A stretch of DNA of 64,000 nt, taken from the NCBI GenBank assembly GCA_044892505.1, contig CM097882.1:126046001-126110000 (forward strand). Reading direction: 5' to 3'. The position numbers and the translations under genes were made by a program. The notes under the pieces are model-generated. The model worked only from the letters and a program-made list of their open reading frames with translations. It was not told where the DNA came from and did not search any database. Shown one piece after another: positions 20,591-33,700 of this stretch; position 1 is the first letter of the stretch; each line of letters begins with the position of its first letter. The stretch is from Schmidtea nova. Its lineage: Eukaryota.

Positions 20591-21085
20591 ATGAAATTTG
20601 TACTAGGCCATACTGACAGTCTTAAAAACTTTTCGCAATCGCGTAAACAAAATTATGATGTCAGCGAAGAAAGAATATTCCCGACTGAAGTACAACCTGT
20701 CCAGACGTATTACGATAGCAGAATTTATTTTTTGGTTGAAGAAATACCGTTTTGCTTGGCTTTTCCAGTAAAATTAACAAAGTCATTGTATGATAGTTTA
20801 GCTGTAAGTATTGATAAAGAAGATTTTATGGCACTAAATAAAATATTTTCTAAAATAAATGCCAATTTAATTTGTAAAGAAACGATGTATATTAACAACA
20901 GAAAAACTCGTTTCCATGATGCTTTTCAAACTATCGAATTCAAGGATCAAGAACACTGGTTCGTTACGATAATTATTCAAGGATATAAGATCGATAAAAA
21001 GGAAGTGATTACTCCAATTTGGAGAGTTGACAATGCACGATATGCATACTTGTTATTTATTAAATTTTACTATGAACACTTTTAG
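20591..21085 (+). CDS. Hypothetical 164-aa protein, possibly OB-fold/SSB-like
   Basis: Intact intronless ORF in an otherwise ORF-poor region; the C-terminal WFVTIIIQGYKI...ITPIWRV strand pattern is only suggestive. Confidence 0.5.
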   Translation: MKFVLGHTDSLKNFSQSRKQNYDVSEERIFPTEVQPVQTYYDSRIYFLVEEIPFCLAFPVKLTKSLYDSLAVSIDKEDFMALNKIFSKINANLICKETMYINNRKTRFHDAFQTIEFKDQEHWFVTIIIQGYKIDKKEVITPIWRVDNARYAYLLFIKFYYEHF

Positions 21086-21119
21086 TTTTTATTTATAATA
21101 GTTTTTGTATTTTTTTTTA

Positions 21120-21662
21120 ATGAAACTAATTATAATCATATTATTATGTGTACACACTACCGAAGGAGAACAAGCTTTTTCAGCTTGCCAATCAACCCAT
21201 CCGTTTAGAAGAGAAGATATCACTTGTGCGAGTTACAATGATATATGTGTTCACTTAAACATTGAATGCATCCAAATACGATTACAATGTGATCAGTGTC
21301 CTTCGAAAAGTGATTTGATTAATAATGAAATGGAAAAAATGATTAGCAAAATCTATGAAAGAGTGAAATGTCCGAATCAAACATTTATTAAAAAACAATA
21401 TGAACAAGTGAGATGTCAAAATCTAACAGTTGAAATTGAAAACGAAAAAACGGCATTAGTATTACATTATATAAGTTTATTGATATTAATCATGATCATT
21501 ATATTATCAACTTCGATAAGGTTAGAGAAAATATCGAATATTCCTAAGAATAGTATTCCTATAAATAATATTCCTGTAAATAATATTCCTATGAATAATT
21601 TTGATATGAATAATATTGATTCGAAATTTTGTACACGTACCCAACGTTATATTTATAAATAA
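21120..21662 (+). CDS. Hypothetical type I membrane protein (signal peptide, Cys-rich ectodomain, TM helix)
   Basis: ATG 21120: MKLIIIILLCVHTTEG; Cys-rich segment after the signal peptide; LVLHYISLLILIMIIILS; N(N)IP repeats in the tail. Confidence 0.55.
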   Translation: MKLIIIILLCVHTTEGEQAFSACQSTHPFRREDITCASYNDICVHLNIECIQIRLQCDQCPSKSDLINNEMEKMISKIYERVKCPNQTFIKKQYEQVRCQNLTVEIENEKTALVLHYISLLILIMIIILSTSIRLEKISNIPKNSIPINNIPVNNIPMNNFDMNNIDSKFCTRTQRYIYK

Positions 21663-21739
21663 ATTTAATTTTTTAGTCTTTGTATTTATTAATAATGTCT
21701 TTGTTAACTTGCATCTGCATTGCAATGTAAACTATGTCG

Positions 21740-22695
21740 TTGTTTAAATATTATGACCATGAAAAGATATTTTCAATTAGATATATAATTTGTTTGAAAT
21801 TTTTGTTTCAAAATTTTATTTTTACATCACACACCTTCAAAGATAATACCGTCGTGTGTATCTCGCGAAGGGCTTTCGAACGATACCAATATTTACCGAG
21901 GTACTTTAAATTTTTAAAATTTTAAATTTGTGATACAAATTTTTATTTTTTTCGATCAGACACCTTCAAAAATCATACCATCATGTGCATCACTGAAATG
22001 CTTTTCTAGCGATACCAAATTTGACCATGATACCTGCACTTTTAAAAATTTTTAAAAATTATTTAAATTTGAAATTAATCATTGATGACGTCATATAACT
22101 CAAATTTTAAATGATTCATCGATGCCTCATCGGATGAGTCATCGATGAGACATGTCGATGAGTCATCAATTAAAAATTTTAAAAACTTTTTTAAAAATTT
22201 AAAAAATAACTTCTGAAAAAATAGCTGAGTCATCAAAAACCCCGAAAAACAAAAAAAATCAAAATTGAGAAAGTTCAAAAAAAATTTGCTTATTTTTCGA
22301 TGAGTCATAAAAATTTTTGATGAGTCATCGATTTATAAGCGATAGGAAATTTTTCGAAAATAAAAGATAAAAGTAAAAAAAGATAAATAAAGTAAATAAA
22401 ATTTTTTTTTTTTAAAACAGAATATATTTCAAAAAAGGTAAAAAAGTTTTTAAAAAAAAAGTTTTAAAAAACAGAAAATATTTCAAAAAAAAGGTAAAAA
22501 AAACTAAAAAAAAGTTTTAAAAAAAAGAAAATTTTTCGAAAAAAGGTAAAAAAATAGAAAAAAATTTTTTTAACCCCCTCGCCCAAGCAAATTTTTTTGC
22601 CCCCTACCCCCATATGGCTCAGTAACTAATATGTATTTGTTTGAATTTTTACGCCCACGCTTCTCTTTGTGTTTGATTCCATACATCTACCTACT
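21740..22695. repeat. Dispersed repeat, longer copy of 6352-6985, with internal duplication
   Basis: ACACCTTCAAA...CGATACCAA segment occurs twice (~21830 and ~21960); the right part aligns to 6352-6985. Confidence 0.75.
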
Positions 22696-22729
22696 AATTA
22701 TGTCTAAGTATACATATACTAGCCACAGG

Positions 22730-25453
22730 CAAAATAACCCATAAACTCATATTTGCAAATTACTACATCCTTTTAGCTCATTATCATCATCTACATCTAA
22801 TACCAGACACGAAAATATATTCATCTATAAATACATTTAAATTATATTGTTTCACTCATTAACATCCCATATACAGCATGCTGCATCCTGAAAATCTATA
22901 CAAAAATCTATTCATCAACACCCATAATATCTAATTCACTAATCGTAAAAGTAAAAATATAAAACCCTTTTGCAGCAAAGAGAATCATCGTTTCATCCAA
23001 TAACACCCGATATATCCAAAACGAATGCATTCCTTCACCAACATCTATCAACTAAGGTTGTCACTTAAAACTTACATTTCATTCAACACAATTCAATAAA
23101 ATCAATCACACCACAAGTAGAAAAAAGAAATGTTTTTCTCAGCAACATACACCTACAGTCAGCTACCACTCTAAAAATCCACTATTAAATCTATTACAAA
23201 TTTATGTAGTTAATTTGCAGTTCACAACATCCGATAGCATATATTGCTCGCAGCTCACAACATCCAATAATATTATATTGCTTTAATTGCAGTACATAAC
23301 ATCACATACACAAATTATCTTACAACTCATAACATCATATACTCAACTTACTTGCAAATATTTACACCCTATCACGGTAACTAGTTCACAAATTTATAAT
23401 ATCTGATAATTAATTATTTTATTTGCAGTTGATAAGATCCTATAGCATAAATTATTTTGTTTGCAACTGATAGCACCATACTGCGCTAAACATTTTCTTG
23501 TAATTCACGTCATCTTGTAGTATTAATTAGTTTTATTTTGCAATTTACAACCCCTTATAGTATTAGTTTATCTTGTTTGTATTCATTAACACCCTAATCA
23601 ATGGTTAGCTTGCATTTCATAACACCTACTGTCATCAAATTATCTTATTACCATTTACTACTAACCTATAGGACATGCTATTATACGTGGAAAATAAATA
23701 AAGCTATAAAACTCTATAAGATTACCATTTACTCAGAAATGTTATGTGATTAGCATCTAATATTGTAGGAAAGGTACCACTATGACCCAAATTTACTGAA
23801 TACGGCATAACTCGGAACATGTGTGGTGTGGATTGTTGTTTTCCAAAAAATAGTATCAAAAATAGGATAGTAGCCACGCTCACGCAAATATCCGAACTAA
23901 ATGAAATATTTTCCTTGATCGGAAACCTTGCTATTAGATTCATTTATTTTTAAAGAAAAAAACAATTAAAATAACCTAAGAAAAAGATTAAGAAAAAAAT
24001 TTATTTTTCATAATAACAAGTGAATGCAGAAACGAATATCACGATAAAGTAAATCATAAAATTCCATTGAGAAAATCGATAAATCTTCAATTCTAAGCTA
24101 GAAATATAAATTAGAAATATAACTTGAAATTTTAATTCGCTTACCATCTTGTTCGTTGAATGGACCTTGCCGAGAGCTTCTTTCAAATAGCCAGGCTGAT
24201 TCTAGTACTTAATCCATAAATTAAACCTTTTTAAAAGGTAAAAAATTAAGTTATCTTACCGGCAGATTCTTGTGAATTAGTGAGCAATCTTCCTTCTAAA
24301 GAAAGCTACCTGAAATCAATAATTATGATATGGGATTTGAATCCCCATAATATAAATTGACCAATAATCTCTTTATTTTTGGATACTCGCCTATATAGAT
24401 CTGTATAGCTGAAATTTACCCATTTCAATGGATAAGGGAACGGGGGAAGTTTTAACCCATAATATAAAATTAAAAATAGCAAAACCTCACATTTAGTTAA
24501 CAAGGAAACATTAAGGTCAGGTAAATTCGGGTTTTTTGGTAATAAAACCGTTGCTGTTACCAAGGCCTCGCTACGAATTAAAAATTTTAATTTTAATTTA
24601 ATTTAAATTTAATGATAAAAATAAGTTTACTGTTTCTTTTCAGAGAAATCCGTATCTAATTAAAAAATTTTCTACTGAATTAAAATATATCTCAAATCCT
24701 AACAACTTATTATTGATAAAAAGAGATGATAAATAGCGAGTATTTTCAGTGGTGATGAACCGAATTGAATTGTGATAATACGTTTGAGTATAATTTTGTG
24801 AATGAAACGAATACATGGCCGATGTTTTGCGTATGTGTGATATAACGCATACCAATTGAATGGCATATTTGATTTGTTTTGTATTTCAATTGTTAAGATT
24901 GAGTGGAATATTTAATTTTTAGACATTACAAAGCGATTTATTCGACATCAAACTCGATTTTGAGACGAACAACATCGAAAGCAGGAAAATCTTGCTGGAA
25001 CCTTTCAAAACCTTAACATTTTCCGAGAATGTTCAAACTAATTTAATTTTGTCTGTGGATAGTATATGTGTACTTAGATATAATTCTGGATTGATGTTCT
25101 TATTTGGATGTTTATGATGATTGATTTAATAGTAATAAATTCTCATTGATGTTAATATTTTTTCAAAATGCCGGTTTAAAATCGTATTGATTATTTATAG
25201 ATTAATTGATGTATGAGGGACTCAAATGGGCAATGGACCTTCTATCGGAAGCCCTTGGACCCACTGTGATGTTTGGTCAATCATATCTTCGATTTTTTGA
25301 CGCTCACTGTATGCGGACATCCATCCATTTGTTGCAGAACCAACGTAACTTTGTGATGGGCAACAAGATGGTTTAAAATAATGTTTTATGTGTTGAGTTG
25401 TTAATGTTAGCCATAGCAACGTCAAGGTCATATTGGCGGTCAACAACCCACCG
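22730..25453 (+). mobile_element. LTR-like unit W, inverted homolog of element V (30781-33420); left end not found
   Basis: 25222-25453 is the reverse complement homolog of 30781-31010 and ends CCCACCG (V: CCCACCA). C/A-rich block 22730-23650 matches rc of 32640-33400. CCAAT ~24360, TATA-like ~24391, donor CAG|GTAAAT ~24521. Confidence 0.6.
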
Positions 25454-25970
25454 ATTTGGAAAACATCTGCGAATATGTGTGAAAAAATTTTTATATCTTT
25501 AAATTCATTCATATTTAATTCGTCTTCAAGGGCATTTTTAAGCCATTAAAATTGATATAATAAATATTTACTAAAAGTCTAAATTTTACGAATATATTGA
25601 TGGGTCGTCTCATATGACCTTGATGCTGATGTGGCTATATCTAGATCAAGCCAAATATCTCAGGAAAGGTACCCTTTCCATAATTTTTTTTGGTGAACGC
25701 CCCCAATTTTTTTGCATAACCCCCCTAAAATTATTTTTTAATTAAGTAATTTTGGCGTGTACGATACGTAATTTTTTATAAAAATAAAAAAATTACATAA
25801 TTGTCCATTTTTATTGCGTAATTTCACATAAAAATACATAAATTACAAAAGATTTTTTTAAATTTATATATCTATGATCTAATATTAATATAAATATATT
25901 ATGGAATACTGTATATCGATTCATGCAGTTGTTATGTAAAACAACAAATTGCACTATATAGTTTTTATGT

Positions 25971-25974
<4 letters not shown>

Positions 25975-26022
<48 letters not shown>
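25975..26022. repeat. (TA)n microsatellite (others at ~39309-39385, ~47978-48031, ~50283-50308)
   Basis: Direct inspection. Confidence 0.95.
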
Positions 26023-26024
<2 letters not shown>

Positions 26025-26376
26025 ATTTCTTAACAAGACATTATGGAGAAGCCATTCGATCGTGAGATAGTCTTCCGTAAACTGAATTTGATTTTGCTAA
26101 AATTTCTTTCAATTAGGTTAAGAAATGAGCTATATGGTAAATTATCAACCATATATCGAAACATTATTATGTAAAAATGGTACCCTGTACCATCAAATTT
26201 GGACGTTAATTCATAAATGAAAACTTGGTAGGTATCCTTTTGTGATGTACTGGCTATTTTAAACCAATCGCAAGAGCCAGTATATATTTGGACACATGTT
26301 ATTTCGTAGTGTCTGATAAATTCTGTCACCTTTCTTCCTTCCCAGATTCTAGCCTGACTATGAATTAAATCCACAC

Positions 26377-28584
26377 TAGAGCATCTAAACCGGTTAAAAC
26401 CGAAACCGGTTAACTGGTTAACCGGAGGTTTTTAAAAAAACCGTAAACCGGGTTATTTTACACGGTTAACCGGTTTTCCAAATATTTAATTAAATATAAA
26501 GAACTGAAACACGATTTTCTATTATCGTAGATGAATGGACAAATATAAAATGTAAACGTTTTTTAAATTTGACTTTGCATGACACTAAAAATGAATATAA
26601 ATTAGGTTTAATGTATGTTAAGGGTACGTGCGATGCTTTTATGCGATGACCTTATTTAATTGTATATAAAGAACTGGAACACGATTTTCTATTACCGTAG
26701 ATGAATGGACAAATATAAAATGTAAACGTTTTTTAAATTTGACTTTTCATTACACTAAAAATGAATATAAATTAGGTTTAATGTATGTTAAGGGTACGTG
26801 CGATGCTTTTACTTTAAAACAAAAAATTACGGAAAAATAAAATGAATTTGATCTTAATTTAACGAGAGATATTATAGCATCCACTCACGACGCTGCAGCA
26901 GTGATGAAAAAATACGGGAATTTAATTGGCATTGAAAGTCAACTTTGCTATAATCACGCAATACATTTAGCTGTAATGGAATTATTTTATAAAAATATTG
27001 ATTAACGTGTACTTCCTCAAAATGACACTGAAAGTGATAATGAATCTGATGAATCTGATGAAATTGATTATTTTAGTTTTAATGCAGATAAATCTGATAA
27101 TAATCCGTGTATACACGCTTTGCTAAAAAGCGTTCGTAAAATTATCCGATGTTTTAAATATTCTAGTGTAAGAAATTCTATTTTACAAAAATACGTTTTA
27201 GAACAAGAAAATAAGGAATTAGTTTTATTATTAGATTGTAAAACGCGGTGGAACTCCTTGATACCGATGATTGAAAAGTTTATTAAAATTAAGGAGTGTG
27301 TACGTAAATCTCTTAAAGATATTAACCAGGAGTTTTTATAAAATTAAATTAATTTTAATATATTAGAAAATATTGTTCATGTTCTGAAACCATTAGAAAT
27401 TAGCATTAAAGAATAAAGAAAAAATTGATGCAACAATTTTAACGGCGGAAGTGGTATTTCAATTTTTATTTGAGCAGTTAAAAAATGAATCTCCTTTTAG
27501 TTCTGAAATGAGAAATTTATTAACTAAAAGAATATTAGAAAGACGCAATCAAAATTTAGTCACTTTGTTACCTTATTTACAAACTACAGTGATTCCTAAA
27601 ACNNNNNNNNNNNNNNNNNNNNNNNNNNNNNNNNNNNNNNNNNNNNNNNNNNNNNNNNNNNNNNNNNNNNNNNNNNNNNNNNNNNNNNNNNNNNNNNNNN
27701 NNNNNNNNNNNNNNNNNNNNNNNNNNNNNNNNNNNNNNNNNNNNNNNNNNNNNNNCATACGCAAAAGATATTATAGGAAGGCTTTTCCCAACAAAACCTG
27801 ATATAACAGGAACAGGCGAATCATCCGATGTACTTGTAAATAGTGACACTCACACAATTTCCTCAACTGTCATAACGGATCCTTTATTTATAGAATTGCA
27901 AACAAAACATATCTTCCATTATGACAGTTCCATGCCCGAAAGACATTTCCAAGGAATCATTGCAGTTAAATAAAGATTTCAAATCATTTGAATCTACCAA
28001 AGAACGTACGCCAAATCTAGAAAAATTATATAAAGCATTATTAACGATTAAACCCACTTCAACTGCAAGTGAACGTGTATTTAGTGTTGCTAATAATTTT
28101 TGCACCAAAATTAGAAATTCATGCATCACAATACACTTGATGCGATAGTTTGCTTAAAATATTATTTTTTAAATAATAAATAAAAAAATGTGTGTGTGTG
28201 TGTGTGTTATTTTATTGTATAAGTAATAAGTATGGTAAATTTCTATTTTCCCTACATTTTGATATTTTTGTTCATTATGATGAATTTTGTTGTATATATT
28301 TTACAATGTACCTATAACTTCTCTTGTTCACTGCCTTTGAAAACAAAAATAAATGAATTATTTCCTCTTTACGTGTTTCATTACCTATTTATATTTATTT
28401 ATTATATCTATTTTTAAACAATCAAATTATTAACATATAATTTTAACTAATGTTTACATTTTTTAAATTTTGCAAATTACGTACTTGATTTTCTGAGGAC
28501 GGTTTTAACCGGTTAACCGGTTTTTGATACGTAAAATACCCGAAAACCGGTTTGTGCTTTTTCTCCGGTTATTTAGATGCCCTA
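26377..28584 (+). mobile_element. Degenerate hAT transposon with 9-bp TSD
   Basis: TIR TAGAGCATCTAAA / TTTAGATGCCCTA; AACCGG subterminal repeats; AATCCACAC at 26368-26376 and 28585-28593. Transposase fragments VDEWT, CYNHAIHLAV, CKTRWNSL, PTSTASERVFS; ~170-bp internal tandem duplication (~26494 and ~26664); one N gap. Confidence 0.9.
27603..27755. other. Assembly gap (others 41171-41310, 42967-43164, 52155-52308)
   Basis: Runs of N. Confidence 1.
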
Positions 28585-30780
28585 AATCCACACTTTTCGA
28601 TATAAATAAGATTTTTATCTTGTCATGCTTCATCTAAGAACGAGTGACATTCGGTCTTATCTTTTTTAATGTGATTAGATTCCTGTTCAAAAACATAAAA
28701 ATTGTCACTCTTGTTACGTTGCAATTTAGGTGGTTGAGGAATTTGTTGTCTACAAAATCTAACAACTTATTTCCTGTTTCTTCTGAAATTCATGGCTTAC
28801 TACCCCATTTTCTGTTTTTTGCTAAATGGCCATATTTTTCATATTGATTAATTATTTTTCTTATCGAATTTTTTGATAGCCCAAGTACTTCCCAAATGAA
28901 AGTAGTCTTGTTTATTTTCCATTGGATATATTATTCTTGTTTTGTCGATATCTGAAATCTTATAAAAATCTTTTAACTTTTTAAATATGTATTATTTCAA
29001 CTTACGATTTTCGAGCATTTGTTCGGGTATTGAACGTAGTGTAGTTAGTCGAGGTTCCTAGAATATCTGAATGGCTAGGAACATAGTAAATATTATAATA
29101 AATATAAATAAGTGATACAATATTCCAACTTCATCTTCACAAAAAGAAATCGTTTCTAGTGAATTTTATGAAATTCTGTGAAAATATAAATTTTTTATAA
29201 TTTAAAATATAATACTAATTTTGATATTTCATTTTTTTCACGAAAACTCAAAGTAGATTCCTCAGATTCATTTATAGAAATTTTATCTGTCATTTTAATT
29301 TTCAATATTTCTGATGATTAAAATTTATATGTTGAGTATATTGAATGAAACAGTTAATGCATCTGAAAGTTGTTGGGAGGTATGGGTGTTGTTATAAGAA
29401 ATTATTTAAGATTTCTAGGAATTGATACAACCCATACCGCAACATAAATATTAAACTACCTCACTCGTGTACCCATAGTTATTCCCTAAGTAACTATGTT
29501 GATACTGTACATGGTGGCGAAAATCAAGTGAGCAGGTGAGCTTCGTTGCCAAAACTTCTCCTCATTATATTCTCTCTTTCAGGTTCCTGCTGCCAATAGA
29601 AGGACTTAAGCTTCTGCTTACTTTTCGGTCCTATCACATGATTGCATCTTAATTATCTATTAACCCCTATTATCACATATCTACCTTGATTCATCCTCAA
29701 AAAATGAAATATCAATTAATAAAATGTTTTACCAAAATGATTAATGTCTATTTGTAATCCATTTTCTCCCACCCAAATTTGGTTTGGAGTCGCCGCACCA
29801 GGACAATTCCTAAAAGAGTCACGACCGAGAGGCTTTTCGCCCCGGGGTCTACAACCACCGAGGCAAACCTTATGTATTTTTCACCGAATATTATGAGGGC
29901 TTAACCGAAAATAAATGTAATAAACATAAACAAATCAAATATCTATTGTTCCCAATTAAAAATCAAAACATTTTACCATCAACTAAAAAGAAACAAAAAA
30001 AACTTACGCGCTCGACTGGCTGGCGAAATACGAAATGGTACTCACTGCAAATTAATGCGAAGTAAGTTTAGATTGTGATTTTTCAACGTCTATTTATACT
30101 AAATCTACTGACTCTCACATATGTTATTATTTAATTAATGATTTAACGATTTAAACTTACATATTAGTTTTAATAAATGGCTATTTATTTTTTTTTGTAA
30201 ATTTAATTTTATAATTCGATTTATTTATTTTCTAAAATATTTGTTTTTACTTTCGTTATATGATGTATGTATCAATTGTTTTTTGTGCAATAATTGATTG
30301 ATTAAAACAATCAAATTTAATTTAATTCTATTTTCATTCTTATCTCCGTTATTTTTATGATATTTCAATGGGGATTATTTTCTATTATTTTTAATAAATT
30401 ATTTTCTTTATCCTGATACCAATTTTATTCCTTTGCTGGGAAGCATGGGTGCTGTTATAAAAATTATTAACGATTTTTAGGGATCATGCAACCATTCCAA
30501 TCTTTGTGGTTTTTACGATATTTTAATGGGTATTTTTTCTTTTTTTTTAATAGATTATTCTCTTTATTCTCATACTAATTTTACTTTTCTATCATGCTTT
30601 TTACTAACAGTGGTCTTCCCCATTCAATTCTCGTGCGGTCTTTCTTTTGAAAATATGACCTGCACTCAAATTCTATGCTCTCTTTTGAGATGCCTCTTGT
30701 TGTATCGCTTTCCCCTAACTCGATAGGCTTATGAAAAGTGGTTTGTATGACTACTATTTATGTTTTAATATCTTATATTT

Positions 30781-33700
30781 TGGTGGGTTGTTGACCGTCA
30801 ACATGACCTTGACGTTGTTATGACTCACATCAACAACTCAACATACAAAACATTAGTTTAACCATCTTGTTGCCCGTCACAATGTAACGTTGGTAATGTG
30901 GATGGATGTCCGCAAACAGTGAGCGTTGAAAAAATTCGAAACTATGAATGACCGAACATCTCCTGGGTTCAAGGGCTACCGATAGAATGTTTAATGCCCA
31001 TTTTTGTCCCTTAACAGAATTTATTGTTATTTATTTCGATTAAACGTAGGTGAAAATTATTATTGGAGTTCCGTGTTAAGTACTCATATTATATTCATTT
31101 ATTACCATTAACGACTTTTATTATAATAATTGATAATAAAGAAAAACAATTTATATGTGGGAAAAGTATAATTTGGAATAAATTTAATGAAATTACAAAT
31201 TACCAGTTAAATTACACGAAAAGAAAATAACAAAACTAAATCACAATGTTACGAGTCAAGTATTGTTAAATTAATGGATTCCATAGATGTCTTGTGAATC
31301 TGCCCGAGTACACGGGCTTTTTGTTTTCGTTTTCGCCGTGCCCTGACTCCTTTGATGGGCTTCCAGCTTTTCGGCTTTTCTGGTTTTGGGAATGACAGGT
31401 GGTTTCTCTTCTGCCCGTACCAGAAATAATTTGAGTGCTGGAAGGGTCATTTTGGGTAGGATTTGCAGTTTTGCGATTACAGTGTCATTTTTTCGGACCA
31501 TCATCCTACATCCCCTTAACTGTACAGCGTCTTCGTCGGCCTGCTGCTGTAATATTTGATTTTGTATTTTTAATTTATTTACATTCTCCTTGCTAGTCCA
31601 TGTCGAGTCCATTGCGCGACAGCGGGACCAAAATTTCTCCATTCTTATTGTCATTATGTTCAATGTCTCTGCATTCACCTGTTTTTCCGCCTCCAGGTAG
31701 GCGAGACGGACGTCGACGCGCCAATTGTACCGTGCGGTTTCGGTGGCCCTTCGCAATAGTTTGTTAATTTTCTGTTCCATTTACTAAAATTATCAAAAAT
31801 AAAACATTCAAAACTCATCTGTTCAAGCATTACATCAATCTGGGACATTCAACCAAAGTTTAGTTCTATCATGCAAACAATTTCAACTTTTTTTTTATCA
31901 TATTCAGTACATCTTCACCACTCAATTCTGGATTCAAATATTCGTTTTGAAACGTATATACTCAGGGATATTAAGTCGCTATTATCTCAGTATACATAAT
32001 TATTATGTTCATGCTTTTTGAATTGTTATAATTTTAATATATACATTTAATTGAACTCCGCTTATGTCCTTTTTCCTAGTGTCGCTTTTGCTTTATTAAA
32101 ATATTTACAATTTTATTGAAATTGAACATTTTAACTTTTAAAAATTTGCCGAGGCCCTGTCAACTGGTAATGACTAAATTTTCCCAAATTTTTGTTTATT
32201 TGTTCTATGAATTTATTTAAGATTTTTACGAATATTATTTTTAATTTTTGATTTTTATTATATTTTAATTTAGTAAATCGAGTTCCGATCGCTTCCCCGT
32301 CAGAATTACCTGCGATCCCCCGATAAAAAGAAACTCTATATACATGAACATGCAAAAAATCACTCATTGTGATTGGTCAATTTATAATATGGAATTTCAA
32401 ATTCCATAATATAATTATTGATTTGGGATTTCTATTTATAAGAACATATTTCCCATTAGTTTAAATTTTTCGATGGTAATTTATATTCATTTTTTCATGG
32501 TTTTATGCTTATCATTTGTTCTTTTTAGTTTCCCAAGATATTTTCGTCCAATTCTCAACTTTGGAATTTACATTCCGGACAACGATTATATTAACTCCGC
32601 CATTGCACAGTATGGATTCTACAAGACAATTCAGAGATTTTAATTTATGGTATGTGATGAAGTGAATAAGTTGAGGTTGGCTGAGTGGATCTTAGCATTT
32701 TTAAGTAGCATGTCTGATCTTAGGGATGCTTGTGAATGGATTAATTCGTCATGGGTAAATGGTACGTTGTAAATATGAAACCAGAAAATTAACGCTACGA
32801 GATTTTGAGAGTAAAATGACTATTTTGATTATATTTAATGATGAATAGACACATGTAGATTTTCTGGATGTAGTATGATGTGGGGTGACGTTAATGAATG
32901 AGGCAATGAAATTTGAATGGATGTATGAATAAATAAATTCTCATGTATAGTATTAGGCGTGGATGCTGATTGCTGACTAATGATTAGATTAATTTGTGAA
33001 TAGGGATGTTGTGAGATGCAAAGGAATTGTGTTCATGGAATGTTGTAATTTGCAATGAATTTGTGACATAGGAGGTTGTAACTGCAAGTTTATAATTATA
33101 AATACTTTTATAAGTTTAATAACAAAGTTTTCAGTGTGGAGATTGCATGCAAGAGATGAGATCAGATGAAACGGTTAGTTTATCGATGGATGTGATTGAG
33201 TGAGTTCATGTGTAGATTTTCTGGATGTAGAATGCCGATGGGGTTAATTAATGAAATGATGTAGTCTGTGTGTATTGGCAAATGAATAGATTGTCTTTTG
33301 TGGTATAAGATATAGATAATGTTAATGAGTGATATGGATGTATTGATTTGCAGAGTGTTTTATGGATTATTTCTAGTTTTAGGTGGGGTAATTTATGAAA
33401 AGATGAATGTATATATAAAATAATTTTTCCAATTTTATGAAATTGTAAATCGGTTTTTAACCTTTATAAATTTCCTAAATAAATCAAAAATAGATTAAAG
33501 TTGGAATTTTAAAAATTCACTTTACAATAAAATATTTTAGCTATAATTTTCTAATGTAAATTAGGAAACAAATAAATTTAAATTTTTATGAAATTTATAA
33601 AATAATAATATTTTAGATATAATAATTTTTTATATATCCTAATTTAAATTTTCTAAATAAATTGAAAATAAATAAAATTCAGAATAATAGAAAATTTACA

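Larger units (their letters stand above)
26030..28950 (-). pseudogene. IS630/Tc1-like transposase relic split by a hAT insertion
   Basis: Right arm: LGLSKNSIRKIINQYEKYG (HTH) ... NLIYIEKCGF(N), equivalent to IDESGFN. Left arm: YIIM...NLPYSSFLNLIERNFSKIK, equivalent to LPPYSPFLNPIEExFSKIK. Confidence 0.7.

Noticed and set aside
25457-25474. PBS after unit W (TGGAAAACATCTGCGAAT)
   Set aside because: The complement lacks the near-invariant C61 and matches no tRNA 3' end I recognise.
25222-25512. 96-aa minus-strand ORF over the conserved W/V block (likewise 3508-3729 and 17724-17975)
   Set aside because: The frame is not preserved in homologous copies; conservation is non-coding.
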